DNA of 63,827 nucleotides, counting the filler, from Kipferlia bialata (Eukaryota), in assembly GCA_003568945.1 (NCBI GenBank). It is 4 parts of 4 records of this genome, joined end to end, with 100 filler letters (N's around TTAATTAATTAA, not from the genome) between each part and the next. Parts side by side here need not be neighbours in the genome. Positions count along the whole stretch, not along the records: positions 18,757 to 45,045 come from BDIP01000191.1; positions 45,146 to 61,244 come from BDIP01000192.1; 2 more parts are not named here. One strand, 5' to 3'. Numbering within the stretch: position 1 is the first letter of the stretch; every line of letters begins with the position of its first letter. Positions 40,701-53,400 of this stretch are shown piece by piece. The notes beneath the pieces were generated by a model. It saw nothing but the letters and a program-made list of their open reading frames with translations, had not been told where the DNA came from and ran no database searches. A program made the translations under genes and the position numbers.

Positions 40701-43700
40701 GAGGACGGCAATATGCGATTCAACATTGGTACGGATTTGTATATGTGTATATCAAGAATATCGGACTACTCACAGGCATCTCACCCTCAGCCTCTCCAGA
40801 AGTCATTGATCCTTATGTGTTTGGGTTGGCCAATGTGGGTAGCGGTGTGAGTATCCAGCTCGACCCAGAGTTCCTGGAAGAGAGTGGGGATACTGGGGTC
40901 GGAAGGCTTGTATCGCTGTTCGTGTGTGCCTTCTGTGTCACGTATAACGCATTCACTATCCTGAGCGCTGTGCAGGTAGGATATCTACATGTTCAATGGG
41001 ACTATAACTGTAGCCTCTCATATCTTAGGACGAGTTCAGCCGTGACATGTTCATTGATGCTGTGTCAATGACGACGAGTGAGTCTGCACTGGAGCAGCTG
41101 AAGGTATAAGTCTATGGATTCTGCAGTTTATGCCGAGTAATTTCCAGTTAATCCACGTTCGTTTCTAACAGTCAGACTGTGCATCCAGAGTTTGCTGCTC
41201 TGCCAGAAGCTGGGCTGGAGAGTATATTGGGCAGTGTATCCCCGGAGGTTGGACGATATCAGACACACACTTTCATCATATTGGAATTGATCAATTACTC
41301 TCACTTCAAGCGGTTCCAATGCGTTGGGTATGACCCAGAGACACTGTCCCTGACCATTGCCCCTCTCAGAGACCCCATTGACATGAATGACTGGTACGTC
41401 TGTGGAATGTCTATGTGTGCAGTCTTCACTGTCTAACTACCAGGTTTAACTGTCACCCTAGGTGGACTCTCCCTCCACAGCTCACAGCCGCTAATGTAAG
41501 TGTTCTGACTCCATATTCTCTTCAATATCATACAGCTCTCATATCCTTGTCTCATTAACCTTAGGTCTGCTGCAGTCACTTGATCGCCGCAGCATTCACC
41601 TTGGGTGTCCACATGATCATAAACTCCCACATCGCGACTGGAAAGACGTGGCTGGTTTCCCTGTCTCGGTTCCTGCTACCTCCATTCGTGTCCTACAATA
41701 GAGAGGAGGTTGGTGTGGTGTACTCTGCATGTTGGTCTCTGTCTTCCTTCACTCTAGGGTACTGCCAAACCAGGCGACGGAGACCAGTTCGCTTCTACCT
41801 TCAACAGTGTGACACTGTCCCCAGATGGCAACATCATGCCGCTGTTCACCCATGTTGTGGGTATGTGTTCTAATATCACCAGAAGTATCCATTGGGAGTC
41901 ACACGAGCTACCTTCTATTGATAAATGAGACACTAACTTCCAGCGCTGTCCCTTGATATCCACTCTTCAGATCCCAAGGCCCTATCGGTCCATCCTCTAT
42001 ACACAAGCATGGTATGAGAGTAGTAATGTCTGTATTGGTAATCACCATACATTGCCACCGATATCATGTTTCTAACTATAGGTTTCCAGGGTTGCCCTAG
42101 TTCCCTCAAGAAAGCACATTGATGTTGAGACAAGACCCATAGGTTTGTCTCATTGCTGGTATATATTCTGGTGAGTAGCTGACTTTCAGGTGTTGCAGCG
42201 ATGCCCCACCTTGCTTTGGACCAGGGCGACGAGTTCTGTCTGTCACCCGATGTACGTCTGCAATCTGCACATTCTAATATGTAACACTTACACATATTCT
42301 CCTTCTGACCCAGTTGATGTATGGATCCAACGTGTCTCTCATATGTGAGACACACTGCCACCGAGACCAGCTCTCAGACTACGCACCTCATGCATTCGTG
42401 ATGAATGCTGGGGTGCTTGTGGACGATGACCTCATAGCTAGTTTCTGCGAGTGTCTACCAATGGCAAAGGTGAGGAACAGAGACATAACTAACGAGAAGG
42501 GAAGACGGGTGGTGTGTTGTACTTACTTGTTCTATTGTATCCAAAGAGACCTTGTACTGACTCCAGAACATTGACACTATATTCCGACCCTATCTGCTAC
42601 GCTGGCTCAAGTATCAGTGCCACATAGCCAAGGTCTCCCCTCTCCACCTTCTGCAGTGCATGCGAAGACAAGGGCTAGTGGCCACAAAGGAGGTATTAAT
42701 CGTAATTCTAGCATCCCAATGGTTTGGTCTTTCAAAATTACTTCTTTGCTTTGTGGATTCAAAACCATAGTCACCTTACCTCCAGGAAACAAAGATGTAT
42801 AACATCAACCCCGCCAACATATTCACAGCTGTCGGGAGGCTCACAGGGGTTATCGCATCGTACGTTTTACCAACTCAATTGCCCCGTATTGTTCGCATCT
42901 CACCTCAGGAACTCTGTTAAGAGGGAGATTGCAAAGCGGTTCCCATCAATGGTAGCCAAGTTAGCGGTACGTTGTGTCGAATTCTACATACCCTTTAGTA
43001 ACTACAACGCCATTGATACTTACACCAGGTTCTGCTTCCTTTGACTGACGAGGTTCTGGTAGAGTACAACACTGCTCCCAACAATATTAACAGGTACATT
43101 CTCATCTTCCCAAATACTCAATCAATCATTCCTATCCCCAGATGGGCTGATGTACTCATTGGCCTCTGCGGTGGGTCTTCCGTTCCAAAGGCCCGTACAT
43201 ACTACAGCGGGTCCGACTCTTTCAGCCCGATCCCATTCAAGGTTCGTCTAATGTCACATTCATCAAATCCCAACAAGCACTTCTTCAGAACCTTACGGAA
43301 GGACTATCCTCTGCAGGATCTTCTTAAGAGTCTTGTAGGGTTACCTCCTGTGGCTGTTCCATCCCTGTTGCAGGTATTCTTTCAAGTGAAATGGCTCAAC
43401 AATTCCCTTACCACTCTGTCCTATGTCCGCTGATTCCAGGTGTGTATGGAAATGGAGTGTTGGCAGGCCGTAAACAACACAGCAGCACTGTTGGAAGAAG
43501 AGGGTGACGGGGAAAACAATTTCTCAGACACCCTGAGGTGTCTACGTGTCCCTGTCAGCTATCTGTGTCTCTCTGGGCAAGATACTATGGATATGCACCA
43601 CCTGAGACACCTCCTGTTCAGATTGCTCCACTGCACAGTCAACCTCTCTGCACTTGCATCAGTGGGGTACTCAAAGAAGGTGGGATACTACATCGACAGC

Positions 43701-45045
43701 AATATAAAGGTATCCTGTGACTCTGGCTAACAACAGAGCTCTAAACAGAGAGAGAAGGCTCGGTTATTGGGTTCCAGACTTGAGGCTGACGCCGATAGCC
43801 CCAGTACTGGAACAGACGAGACTGAGTCCTGTATCTCCTTCAAGTCAAGGTATGGGCGTAATGGTATCAATTGAAGTACGGGTAGTTATGTCTCAACACC
43901 AGGTACACCACTGTTTCTTCCTCATCCCTGGCCAGGAGTGCACGTAGTGGTAGGAGCGGTAGGAGCGGCAGAAGCCTCAGGAGTGGGTACACTGGCACAG
44001 AGCAGTCATCAACTAGTGTCACATTCTTCGGAGACAACTATGAGAAGTACCTGCCGAGGTATGAAGAAATTCTCTTGATCACCTCATTGATTTACTTGTT
44101 CTTCTTCATTGTCTTACACTGCCACCCACTGACCTATTTAGGCTTGTGATTGACATGAGTGTCCTGATCGATGGCCTTGGTGTGTCTGAGTCACATGAGT
44201 CTCCAATACAGCAGACAATCACGACAATCATGAAGATTCGTCCCTTTGAGAAGCAGGTGCCTCTTTTAGATGTCATCATGATATTCATTTGTACATAGTA
44301 CTCACCATCAGTGTGTGACGCTAGTTAGACTAGCTATGGTGCTGTCAGCAGGGCTTCCACCAGGTCTTGCCCTGCCTCTCGAGACAAAGACAGACCTACC
44401 AGGTTGGAATATCGACATTCAGTACACTATATCTGATTGCCATGTGACTGAATCACAATTTTGTTTCTGGGTATTATGTTGAGTGTCTGATTTCAGGTGT
44501 GACCATGCCGGCCCTCTGTGCTCCTTACAAGGTACTACTCCTGGTCACATATTTCGTCTTTTGTCTTTGACTCAGTTCTTTACGACTTCCCCATATGTTC
44601 CTGTTCGTCCCATCTCACAATAGGTGTTCCCAGGGGGTGACTGTTCCAGCAAGGTCTCAACCAAGTTCAGTCCCTCCAAGACCCTCTTCTCCAGGGTTCT
44701 TCTCCATATACCCCAAGCGTTCCTTGTCAGATGTCCAACGTTGGAGGTGGGTAATCGTACCTTTGTTTTGTTTAGCGTAGCACAATACCATATCTTGTCC
44801 TATCATCATTTGCAAGTTCCTTGTTGATATCCTCTATTATTCGAGCTCAAACTAACATCCAGCTTGTGATCCATGCCCTTACTATTGGGTCTATTCCAGC
44901 AGTCTTCAACACCAGAGAGTGTGGTCAGGTTAGACAATTACCTTAAAATTCATCACCTGGTTACCCTCACCACAGATTCTCATGGTCCTGGGCGAGAAGT
45001 ACAGTCTTCCCCAGCCAGATGCCAGTGTACTGACTATGAAGCTGG
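28740..45045 (+). CDS. Very large multi-exon, highly degenerate dynein heavy chain-like (DNHD1-like) gene; truncated at both ends
   Basis: DHC_N2/linker-like peptides LVTVPSLMHRHLDIL, ISIHDLIDRGALDKLEEIQAIVQLAEDEARVERNLDMISK and VASKYCTPITQRARQLE..YTQDYLLMADKLMS.KDF (36.0-36.9 kb). AAA1-position landmarks follow: LDWLG, AVLNPG (cf. ITMNPG), LPGDLEVALR (cf. LP.NLK.LFR). AAA3-position motif MIINSHIATGKTWL at ~41613-41654. Dozens of short introns. Membership of the 28.7-31 kb exons in the same gene is probable, not proven. Confidence 0.7.
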
Positions 45046-45144
45046 NNNNNNNNNNNNNNNNNNNNNNNNNNNNNNNNNNNNNNNNNNNNTTAATTAATTA
45101 ANNNNNNNNNNNNNNNNNNNNNNNNNNNNNNNNNNNNNNNNNNN
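45046..45144. other. Artificial contig linker (TTAATTAATTAA at 45090-45101 in an N-run)
   Basis: Same linker as at 18701. Confidence 0.95.
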
Positions 45145-45157
45145 NGGGGGAGATGGG

Positions 45158-45188
<31 letters not shown>

Positions 45189-45400
45189 AAGAGAGAGTGG
45201 AGAGAGACACCAACATACCTCCTCCAGTCTCTCTCCTTCTCGTGGTGTGCCTCCCCCCTCTATCTCTTCCCCCACTCCCTGTTCACAGGCAATGGCATAC
45301 CGAGACTCGGGAAAGTCAGGGGTCGGGCTGGATTATTAGAGAATGGTCCAATAGACTTGATATATATGGTACAAACTAGAATATATCCACACACACACAC

Positions 45401-45766
45401 ATGAGGGAGGGAGATTGTGCCGTGGACCGGGAGGAGGCCGAGCTAGACAGCACAGAGAGAGAGTGGGCCCGGCTCACTGTCTTCCTGGTCAGGGAACGGG
45501 ACCTGTTGGAGGAGAGAGGCCTGAACATGGCCTACAACCCCTGTGTCCAGGTCTTGTATGCTCTACTCCCTATATATGACAGGGTCAGCGGGGCTCGAAG
45601 GATAACTCTCCAATACGCTATACACTATCCCCGCAATGGGAAGCCCGATTGGAGAGACATACTGTCATATGCCAGGGTATCAGTTTCCTTGTCCTCACTG
45701 GCTGATGGTCTACTGTTCAAGGAAGGAAACACCCAAGAGGTAAAGCAGAAGTCAAACTCAGATTGA
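45401..45766 (+). CDS. Hypothetical protein (121 aa), or terminal exon of a truncated gene
   Basis: Uninterrupted ORF with protein-like composition; no family recognised. Confidence 0.3.
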   Translation: MREGDCAVDREEAELDSTEREWARLTVFLVRERDLLEERGLNMAYNPCVQVLYALLPIYDRVSGARRITLQYAIHYPRNGKPDWRDILSYARVSVSLSSLADGLLFKEGNTQEVKQKSNSD

Positions 45767-46391
45767 AGAAACAGCCCATTGAATCATTGTGAAACGAGTA
45801 AAACGTTGAGTGTGACCGGCATAGGCCGACACATTAATACATTTATCATACAGCTGGTAAATGCTGGAGAGAGCGAGAGAGCGACACTTGGGTGACGGTC
45901 TAGCAGTTGTTTAGGAAGGCATTAATATCGATTACATATGGATCCCTATCCCTGCCTCTATACAGCTTGATGCGTGCCGTGGTATCAATCACACTCGGAC
46001 TCCCTTGTCGTGTCGGGTCCACATATAACCGTCATACCCTCTGGATGATGCAGCGAGAGCTGAGCCATGGACTGGACTACATCGCATGGGAGTACCCTCC
46101 TGGGGGATGATATCTGAGTGATATTGCACACTCACAGGAACGGCTACTGGCAAGCTCCATGAGCATGACTGGAACCAGGGCCAGCAGGGCATATACAACA
46201 GAGTGCACGATCTACACTCTGGAGATGTGATACAGGACATCCAGCCGAAACAGTAGCTAGCGTGTCCCTATTGTGTGGCACAAGTCCACGTTCAGTTCCG
46301 TCGGCTAAAAGCCCATACAGTGAGTGTGCAGAGTGAGTGACTCAGGATGGGCGGGTGGATGAGTGGATGGGTATGTGGGTGGATGGGGTGC

Positions 46392-47308
46392 CTAGGGCAG
46401 GTCCCTCCCTGCCGACTGCCTCTGGTGCACCAGGATGGTCTCGAGTATGGCGATGCCCTCCCTAGCCAGCCGGGCCTCTCTCTCTGTGTAGCCCAGGGCG
46501 CTGGGGGTGGGGGTGGGGCGGGGTGGCTGGGGGTCGGGCTGGGAGAGTGCAGTGTGTTGCATGGCCCGGGAGGCAGCGGCCCTGGCATCCATCCCAGAGT
46601 CAGGGGGCACACACCCAGCTGACACACGCACACTCCCACGCGTCACTAGAGGCACAGAGGGAGCCACCAGCCCCTCCCCCACGGACACCTGCACATCGAA
46701 CCCCCTGCCCCCCTGACCCATGGGACTGGTACCACCCAGGGCCTCCTCCCTCCTCTCCACAAACTGCCTGCCTAGATCTGCGGCCTGGTCCGCCCTCTCC
46801 TTCTCGTCTCTCCTGACCTGGCCCCGGATGGTGGCCAGGGCCTCCACCTCGGCCCTCCCCCTCTCCTCCTCGGCTCTCAGCACCTGCACCGCGGCCTGGC
46901 CCCGACCCTCGGCCTCATCTCTCCTGTCCGCAGCGGCCTTCTCCTTCTCGAGCCGCAAGACCCCTGCTGAGTCTAGAAACTCCGCTGCCTTACTCTGTGC
47001 CGCCCCGTACTCAAGTGTCCTGGCCACAAACTCCTCCTGGGCCAGCCGCAACTCAGCAGCCTCCCGTGCCTCAGTCTCCTCTCTCTCTCGTCTTGCAGCG
47101 TCCTCAGCAATCCGCTTCTGCTGCAACTTCCACTTGCGGAGGCGACTCTGGGCCTCCTGGTTGGCCAGGTCGCGGCTCTGAGGTCAGGGTCATCAGGTGC
47201 AAATATGATATCTATCTGCATTATGATATATATACACACGGTGCCAAAAGGTGCACTTACCGCCTTCAGTCGCTGCTTCCGAGCTTCCTCCCAACGATCT
47301 ACGGACAT
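46392..47308 (-). CDS. 2-exon, 277-aa coiled-coil protein resembling the conserved N-terminal domain of CEP295/Ana1
   Basis: Exon 1 47308-47261 (MSVDRWEEARKQRLKA), intron gtaagt...ctgacctcag, exon 2 47177-46392. Motif order RKQRL-(60)-G..Q.KA...A..R..AA...R....EKER. Confidence 0.7.
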
Positions 47309-47496
47309 ATTATGGCGACTATTTGCCTGTATGCCTCAGCGACTAAAAGGCGGGCTTGTCATAGGATGTGGACCCTTTTGACCAAAAATTCTTGCTCAGT
47401 GTCACAGTCACAAATTGTGACTCACAATTGTGGCACCTTGTCTACCAACCTCTTCATATTTGAAGCGAATAGTCTATCCAGGAGCCGTATACGGCC
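47309..47496. promoter_or_regulatory. Short bidirectional promoter region containing TGTG/CACA palindromes
   Basis: 188 bp between divergent ATGs at 47308 (-) and 47497 (+). Contains gtcacaaattgtgac, ttgtgactcacaa and cacaattgtg at ~47400-47437. Confidence 0.5.
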
Positions 47497-50400
47497 ATGG
47501 ACTTGTTGCCATGGCTCACATACGAGCCTCTCTTACGGTTGAAGGGTGGAGACGCTTCCTTCTCCACCCACATACCGGGTCAGGAGGGTGACGACAGTGA
47601 GGACAGGGACGTGGACAAAGGGGGCGTGCTGCTGCTCGAGGTGCCTCTCGGAGGCAAGCTGGGTGCCTGTATAGTGACAGCTGTGTCTGTAGAGATCCCC
47701 CGCCTCTGCCGCACCCCCGACACCTCCATCGAGAGGGTGTGTCTGACGGATAGGGAGGCAGGGACGTCTCTGCCCCTTCCCTTCATGGGGACACTGTCGC
47801 CGGGCCAGCCTTCTGTGCTGTGTGACTCTGAGAAGGACACCGCTCGTGTTGCTGGGTTTGTGTTACACTGTGTCACGCCAAGGGAGTGTGTGAGGGACCT
47901 CAGTCTCTCTATATACCTGACAGGCATCGACCCCATGATGAGACAGGTCAGTTGGATGATGCCATATTGTTATATATTGACTTCTTGAGTTACAGCAGGA
48001 ACCTAGCTGCACAGGACTGATTCTCGCAGTGGTTATTTTATATGTATGAACTCTATATCCTCTCACATACACTTACATTTATCAGTGTAGAGAGTTATAT
48101 GTTTGAGGAGGGGAGATATACATGTCTGTACGCATATGTTCGTGTAAGACACACCCTACGTGTTTGGGTGGTACCTGTATTCCATTAACATGATTGCATG
48201 TGCCTTGATACTCTGCCATCATCCCCCCCCCTCTATATACCAACTCCTAGGCATACGAGACCCAGGTACAGAGAGTGTCGGTGCATGGGTTTGATATCGG
48301 GCCTGCTGCTGTCATCCCACACAGGTATATACTCTCATACTATTATGGTATATACTCTCATATTATTATGGATAGAATATTGATGAAGCACTGAGTCAGT
48401 CTGTCGCAGAGTGTCCCATGTCTCACTCCAGGCCTCGCGACATCCTCGCCCTCCTGCACCTGCATGCCTCTGTGGCATGGGCACACCCAGACACAGACAG
48501 AGACACATATACACAGAGAGACACAGACAGAGACCCAGATAGGGAGGGGAGGGCCGGTAGTCACACAGAGGGTTCCGTCCCCTCTCCCACTGGCGTAGCC
48601 AAGTCCTCCCCCTCCCCCTCCCCCTCCTCTCAAGTGGACTGGGAGAACGTGAGGGTTGCTGTAGCTGCTGCCGGGTACCTCGGGTGTCTGGCCCTGCTCA
48701 AGGGGAGGAAGTTTGTGCAAGGCCTGGAGCTGTGTGCCAGGTATATGTGGCTGTTCATTTGTGGGATGTATGCGCAGCCAGTATAGACTGTGTCTGTACG
48801 CTATGCATATTGGATGGAGAGTATGTGTCTGACGCCAGGGCCGCCAAGCAGCTGGGGTGCCCTGCCGTGGCTGAGCTACTGGTGGGTGATGCGGCATGTG
48901 CTCCCCTCATGGCTGCTGAGCTCTACACCCTGGTGGCAGAGGGTCTGCTGGCCAGCAGTGGGGGCCAGGGGCAGGGACTAGTGGCCAGGGCCCTGGGAGG
49001 GGCAGGGGGTCTCTCTCTCTCGGGGCCCCAGCACAATCAAATGGCTGCAGTTAGCTGTGTATCCACTGGAGCAAGTGACGCTAATGACCTCATCGACCCT
49101 ATCAGTGGCCTCTCCAGTCCATTGCAGGTGTATCCAGCCGCCCGTCTGGCGCCATCTGTCGCCCTCTGCATAGCCAGCCAGCGCCTCCTGCCTGTGGCAG
49201 CCCGGCTAGCCTCTGGCAGAGTGGCTCTCCCTCTCTGTATCGGATACCAACAGAGCCTGGGGGCCCGCTTTCTAGAGAGGGTCATTGATGCGGCAGGCCC
49301 CGGGCTGGGTCGGCAGGGTACTCTGCTGGCTGCCAGGGAGCTGATGCTGGCCCCGTCCCCCCCACCCGAGCCTAGGTCGGGTCGGGCCCCTACCATCGAC
49401 ACACACATAGGACGGGCACTCACGGCCGTCAGTGGTCTGTTGAGGTATGTGTGTGTGGTATGCCCTTTCATAATGCCGATGCTACTGTATCACTGTTGTA
49501 TCTTGTGACTCGCACTTAGATGTATATTGTACATATCGTCAATAGTTAATAGTTGGATATGACCCCATTTCATGTAACCATCATGCAATTGTAGCCCACC
49601 CCCCAGGTGCTTTGTCCCCTCTGAGACCGCTGCCGTGGCCCGGGACCTCTTCAGTCTGCATGTGCTGGCACAGGGACAGGTGCAGCAGACTAGGCTCTAC
49701 TCTCTGCTGGCAAGTGCTCTGGAGGCGTGTCCTCTCTCCCCCTCGGTTGACACCCCCTCCCCCCTACCGGTGCCTCTGCCCCTGGACGCCCTTGTGACAG
49801 GGGTGTCAGTGTGCCATGGGTGTGTGGAGAGGGGCAGCGGGGGACAGCAGGGCGAGGGTATGCATGCACGGTCTGGGGTGGAGGCAGAGAGAGGTACCAA
49901 CGCCCATGAGGGGGTGAGAGGTGTCCCCTCTCCCGACCCTGCCAGTGGCCAGAGTGCTCTGTCTGACGCTGCCCTCCGCCTGCTGCAGCTTGTGGGTATG
50001 CACAGCGTGGCCCATAGAGACTCTGCCTCCCAGGCCATGGGCTGGGCCTCCTCTGTCCTACATGATGCCTCAGTTGTGCAGGGGGTGGGGCCTGGCATAG
50101 GGGCCTCGCCCTCCACAGTCGGATACCAGAGCCTCAGTGGTTCGTATCACCAGCCTTCCCCTCAGATGAGTGGGGTTGGTGGGGGTGTAGGGTCCCTCCC
50201 ATGGGCAGACAGGGTCATAGGGGCCCTGGCCCTACTCAGGGGTATCTGCCACCAGGCCAGTCAGAGGCAGAGGCAGAGTGAGAGTCAGAGTGACTGTCTT
50301 GACAGTCAGGGGGCAGGTGCAGGCACAGAGACAGAGACAGGGCCTCTGTGCGGTGGGGATCGTGACTCTCTGGGACTGGCAGCGGACGGCTTCCCCCTCC

Positions 50401-53400
50401 TGCCCCTCTCTCTCTGTCCCCCTGTTCTCTCCTCCCCTACTAGCTCTGAGTCTCTGCCCTCCTGTCATGCCGTGGTGGCAGAGATAGGCTCCCTCTGCCG
50501 GTGTCTGTCTGACAACTCCTCCCATGCCCCGGCCTCTCTCGTCATACCTCTCAGCACCGACCTCTACGACACCGGGGCCCACCTCCTCCTCTCCCTCCCG
50601 TCCTCTCCCGACACCGTCCGTGCTCTGGTTGGCCCCTTTCTGTCTGTGGCCTCGTCGCACCTGACCTCCACCTCCCCCTTCCCTGTGCTGCTGGGCCAGA
50701 TCAGGCAGGTGGGGTGTCTGCTGTGCAGGGTGGGTGATAGGGCATCAGGGGTGTGTGACACCGTGCTGGCCCTCCTCCTCCACCTGGTGCAGTGGGTGCC
50801 CCTGTGTGTTGAGACGGCAGTGTTCTCAGCGGTGGGTGGGCTGCTGGCTGTGCTCCTAGGCACTGAGGGTGTGTCGGAGACAGACCGTTGCCAGGCGCTC
50901 TCTGCAACCATCACGGCCCTCCTTGATAGTGGGACAGCCCCCCACACGGAGAGGGACAGGCTGATAGAGCAGGTGACATCCCATGCGGAGGGCCTGGTAG
51001 AGGGGCACCCCGCCCTGGCCGCGTCTGTAGTGTCTGCATCCGTGGTGTCTGTCGTGGCATCTCCCTCCCACACTGGGGAGGGTGTGTGCGCCAGGCTGGT
51101 CCACAGGATGGGCGCCCCTGCCCTGGAGGCACTGGTCGGGGACCTCATCGGGGGGCAGGGAGACACACCTGCGGGGGGTTCCACTTCTGGTGCCGGTGTG
51201 CAGTCTCCATCCTTGATGCACTGTGATAGCCAGGACACCATGGCCGTGCTGGGTGGGCTGTGGGTTAGGGTGGCTGCCGCAGCTGCCTGGGCGGGGGTGT
51301 CCCCCGATGTCTGGACCCCCCTCCTGACCACCTTGACCCAGACCCCATGTGCCCTGGGGGTAGTGCACCTCAAGTGCCTCAGCGTGTGTGCACAGTGTCT
51401 AGAGGGGGGACACAAGCCGCAAGGAGAGGCAGAGGCAGATACCGCAGCAGTGGCAGCAGCGACATCAGGTCACGCCTCCTTATCTAGTCTGGGGGTTCAG
51501 GCCCTGTTGCCTTTCTCTGCCTATGCTGCTGCCGTTCGGGACGGGTCTCTCTTCTACCCTCTGTCCCAGGCAGCTCATGCACTCCTGGATGTGTGTGCTC
51601 TGATAGGTGGTGCTTGTAGTGATGGCACGGGTTGCAGAGGGTCTGGTGGGGAGGGAGACAGGACACGTGACACCCTCGTCCCCTCTGAGTCCCCAGTTCA
51701 TTCTCACACTGGTACCGCGTCCTCATATGCGGCGTTGCTGTGGGATGGGAGGCCACCGTTGTGTCCCCCCCCCTTGAGTCTCATGTCCACCCGGGTCCCC
51801 TCCCCCCCCCTGCCCTGGCACGACATGACCCAGATGGCTGAGGTCACCCTGCCACCCACCATACCCTACGTGGTGTCACGCACAGACCTCCCCTCCCCAC
51901 CCCCGCCGGCTGTGCTGGGGGGTCCTGCCACTCCCATGGTCTACAGCACACACGGTGCGGTGGGTGAGAACGGGGGTATGTTCCCTGGGTCCATGTCGCC
52001 CCCGCCCAGGGATGGGCCTGTGTCACTACCAGGGGACAGGTCCCACTCGCCCTCGGCCTCGCCCTTCCCAGGCAGAGCCGACCCTGCGTCACTGGCCGGT
52101 AGGGATAGTGTTTGTGTGTATATATGATTGTATCCATACTCTGTTTCCTTCCTTGTGACTCCCTCTCCCTCCCCCTCTCCCTCCCCCTCCCCCTCTCCCT
52201 CTCCCTCTCCCTCACCCTTAGATCTGGTGGACAGGCTGCCAGACTCCAAGGTCCAGATGAGAGGTATGCGTCTGTGGTAGCAATGTGTCATTGAATACCC
52301 TCAACCATCCTGATTGTTCTTTACTATCTTGAGTGTGTTTCGCATAGTGTGTTTATATGCTGAGTCGTATATGTTCGAGGAGTGTTGTATACCCGTTACC
52401 CCCAGATCTTGCTGGTCGGCCTATTGGCGAGACCCTAGTTGTGGCCCCCAGGCCTGGGAGCGCTGCCTCTGCCTCGCACACTGTGTCACTGAGGGCATCC
52501 AGAGAGGCCGATGTGCTGAGGGAGGTGGCCCACAGACACAGGCAGAGACCCAGCACGGAGGGATACATAGCACGCAGGAAGGAGACTCTGGCGTCGAAGC
52601 AGCGCCGCTTCTCGGACCTTCTGGCCAAGGAGCAAGCCGAGTGGGCTGCCAGCACCTTGGGTGATGGTGGGGAGGAAGAGGTGCTGTTGCCCGAAGATGG
52701 GGACAGGGAGGGAGACGATGGATCTGTTGGTCTGGTGTCAGAGGGTGAGGACCTGATGCGAGGAGAGGTGGAGAGAGGGGGCAGCAGGAGTAGAAGTGGA
52801 TCCCCCTCTCCCAGTGAGACTGACAAGAAGGGTCAGAGGCGAGAGGGGTCCGATGCAGAGGAAGAGGGGGTGTGGGAGAGGGAGAGAGAGGACAGGGCGT
52901 TGATGCTGTCCGACATGGTGGGGCAGAGGAGGTCTGACTCCTGTGAGTCCTCTGACCCATCTGATGTGGAGTATCTCGTGGTGGACTCATCGGCTGAGAG
53001 GCGGCACAATGAGGTAATGGGTGGGGTGCACACGGAGGATGGCTTCCACTCTGACTCTCTCTATTCCCCAAGAGGCGGAGACGGGTATGGAGAGGGAGAG
53101 TCTGGTAGGGAGAGTGGGGGGCGAACCTACTCTTCTGACAGAGGGTCACCTGCCCTGCACGGCCACTCAGATGATGTTGATACAGACACTGAGTATGCAC
53201 AGGGGGCTGGGTATGTCGGGACCGACACCAGCGAGACCCGAGGCAGTGATGCTGATACAGACGAGTACTTAGACAGGGGTGGTGGTTCAACCCATTCTGC
53301 ATCGGGTTCCAAGTCTGTAGGTGACTTTGGGTCTGGGGAGTCTGTGACCCCTCGGGAGTATGGATACAGAGAAGAAGAGAGGGAGAGGGAAGTCAGCAGT

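Noticed and set aside
45860..46260. Possible small spliced gene on the + strand
   Set aside because: Exon-like pieces are present, but I could not join them in a consistent frame or recognise a product.
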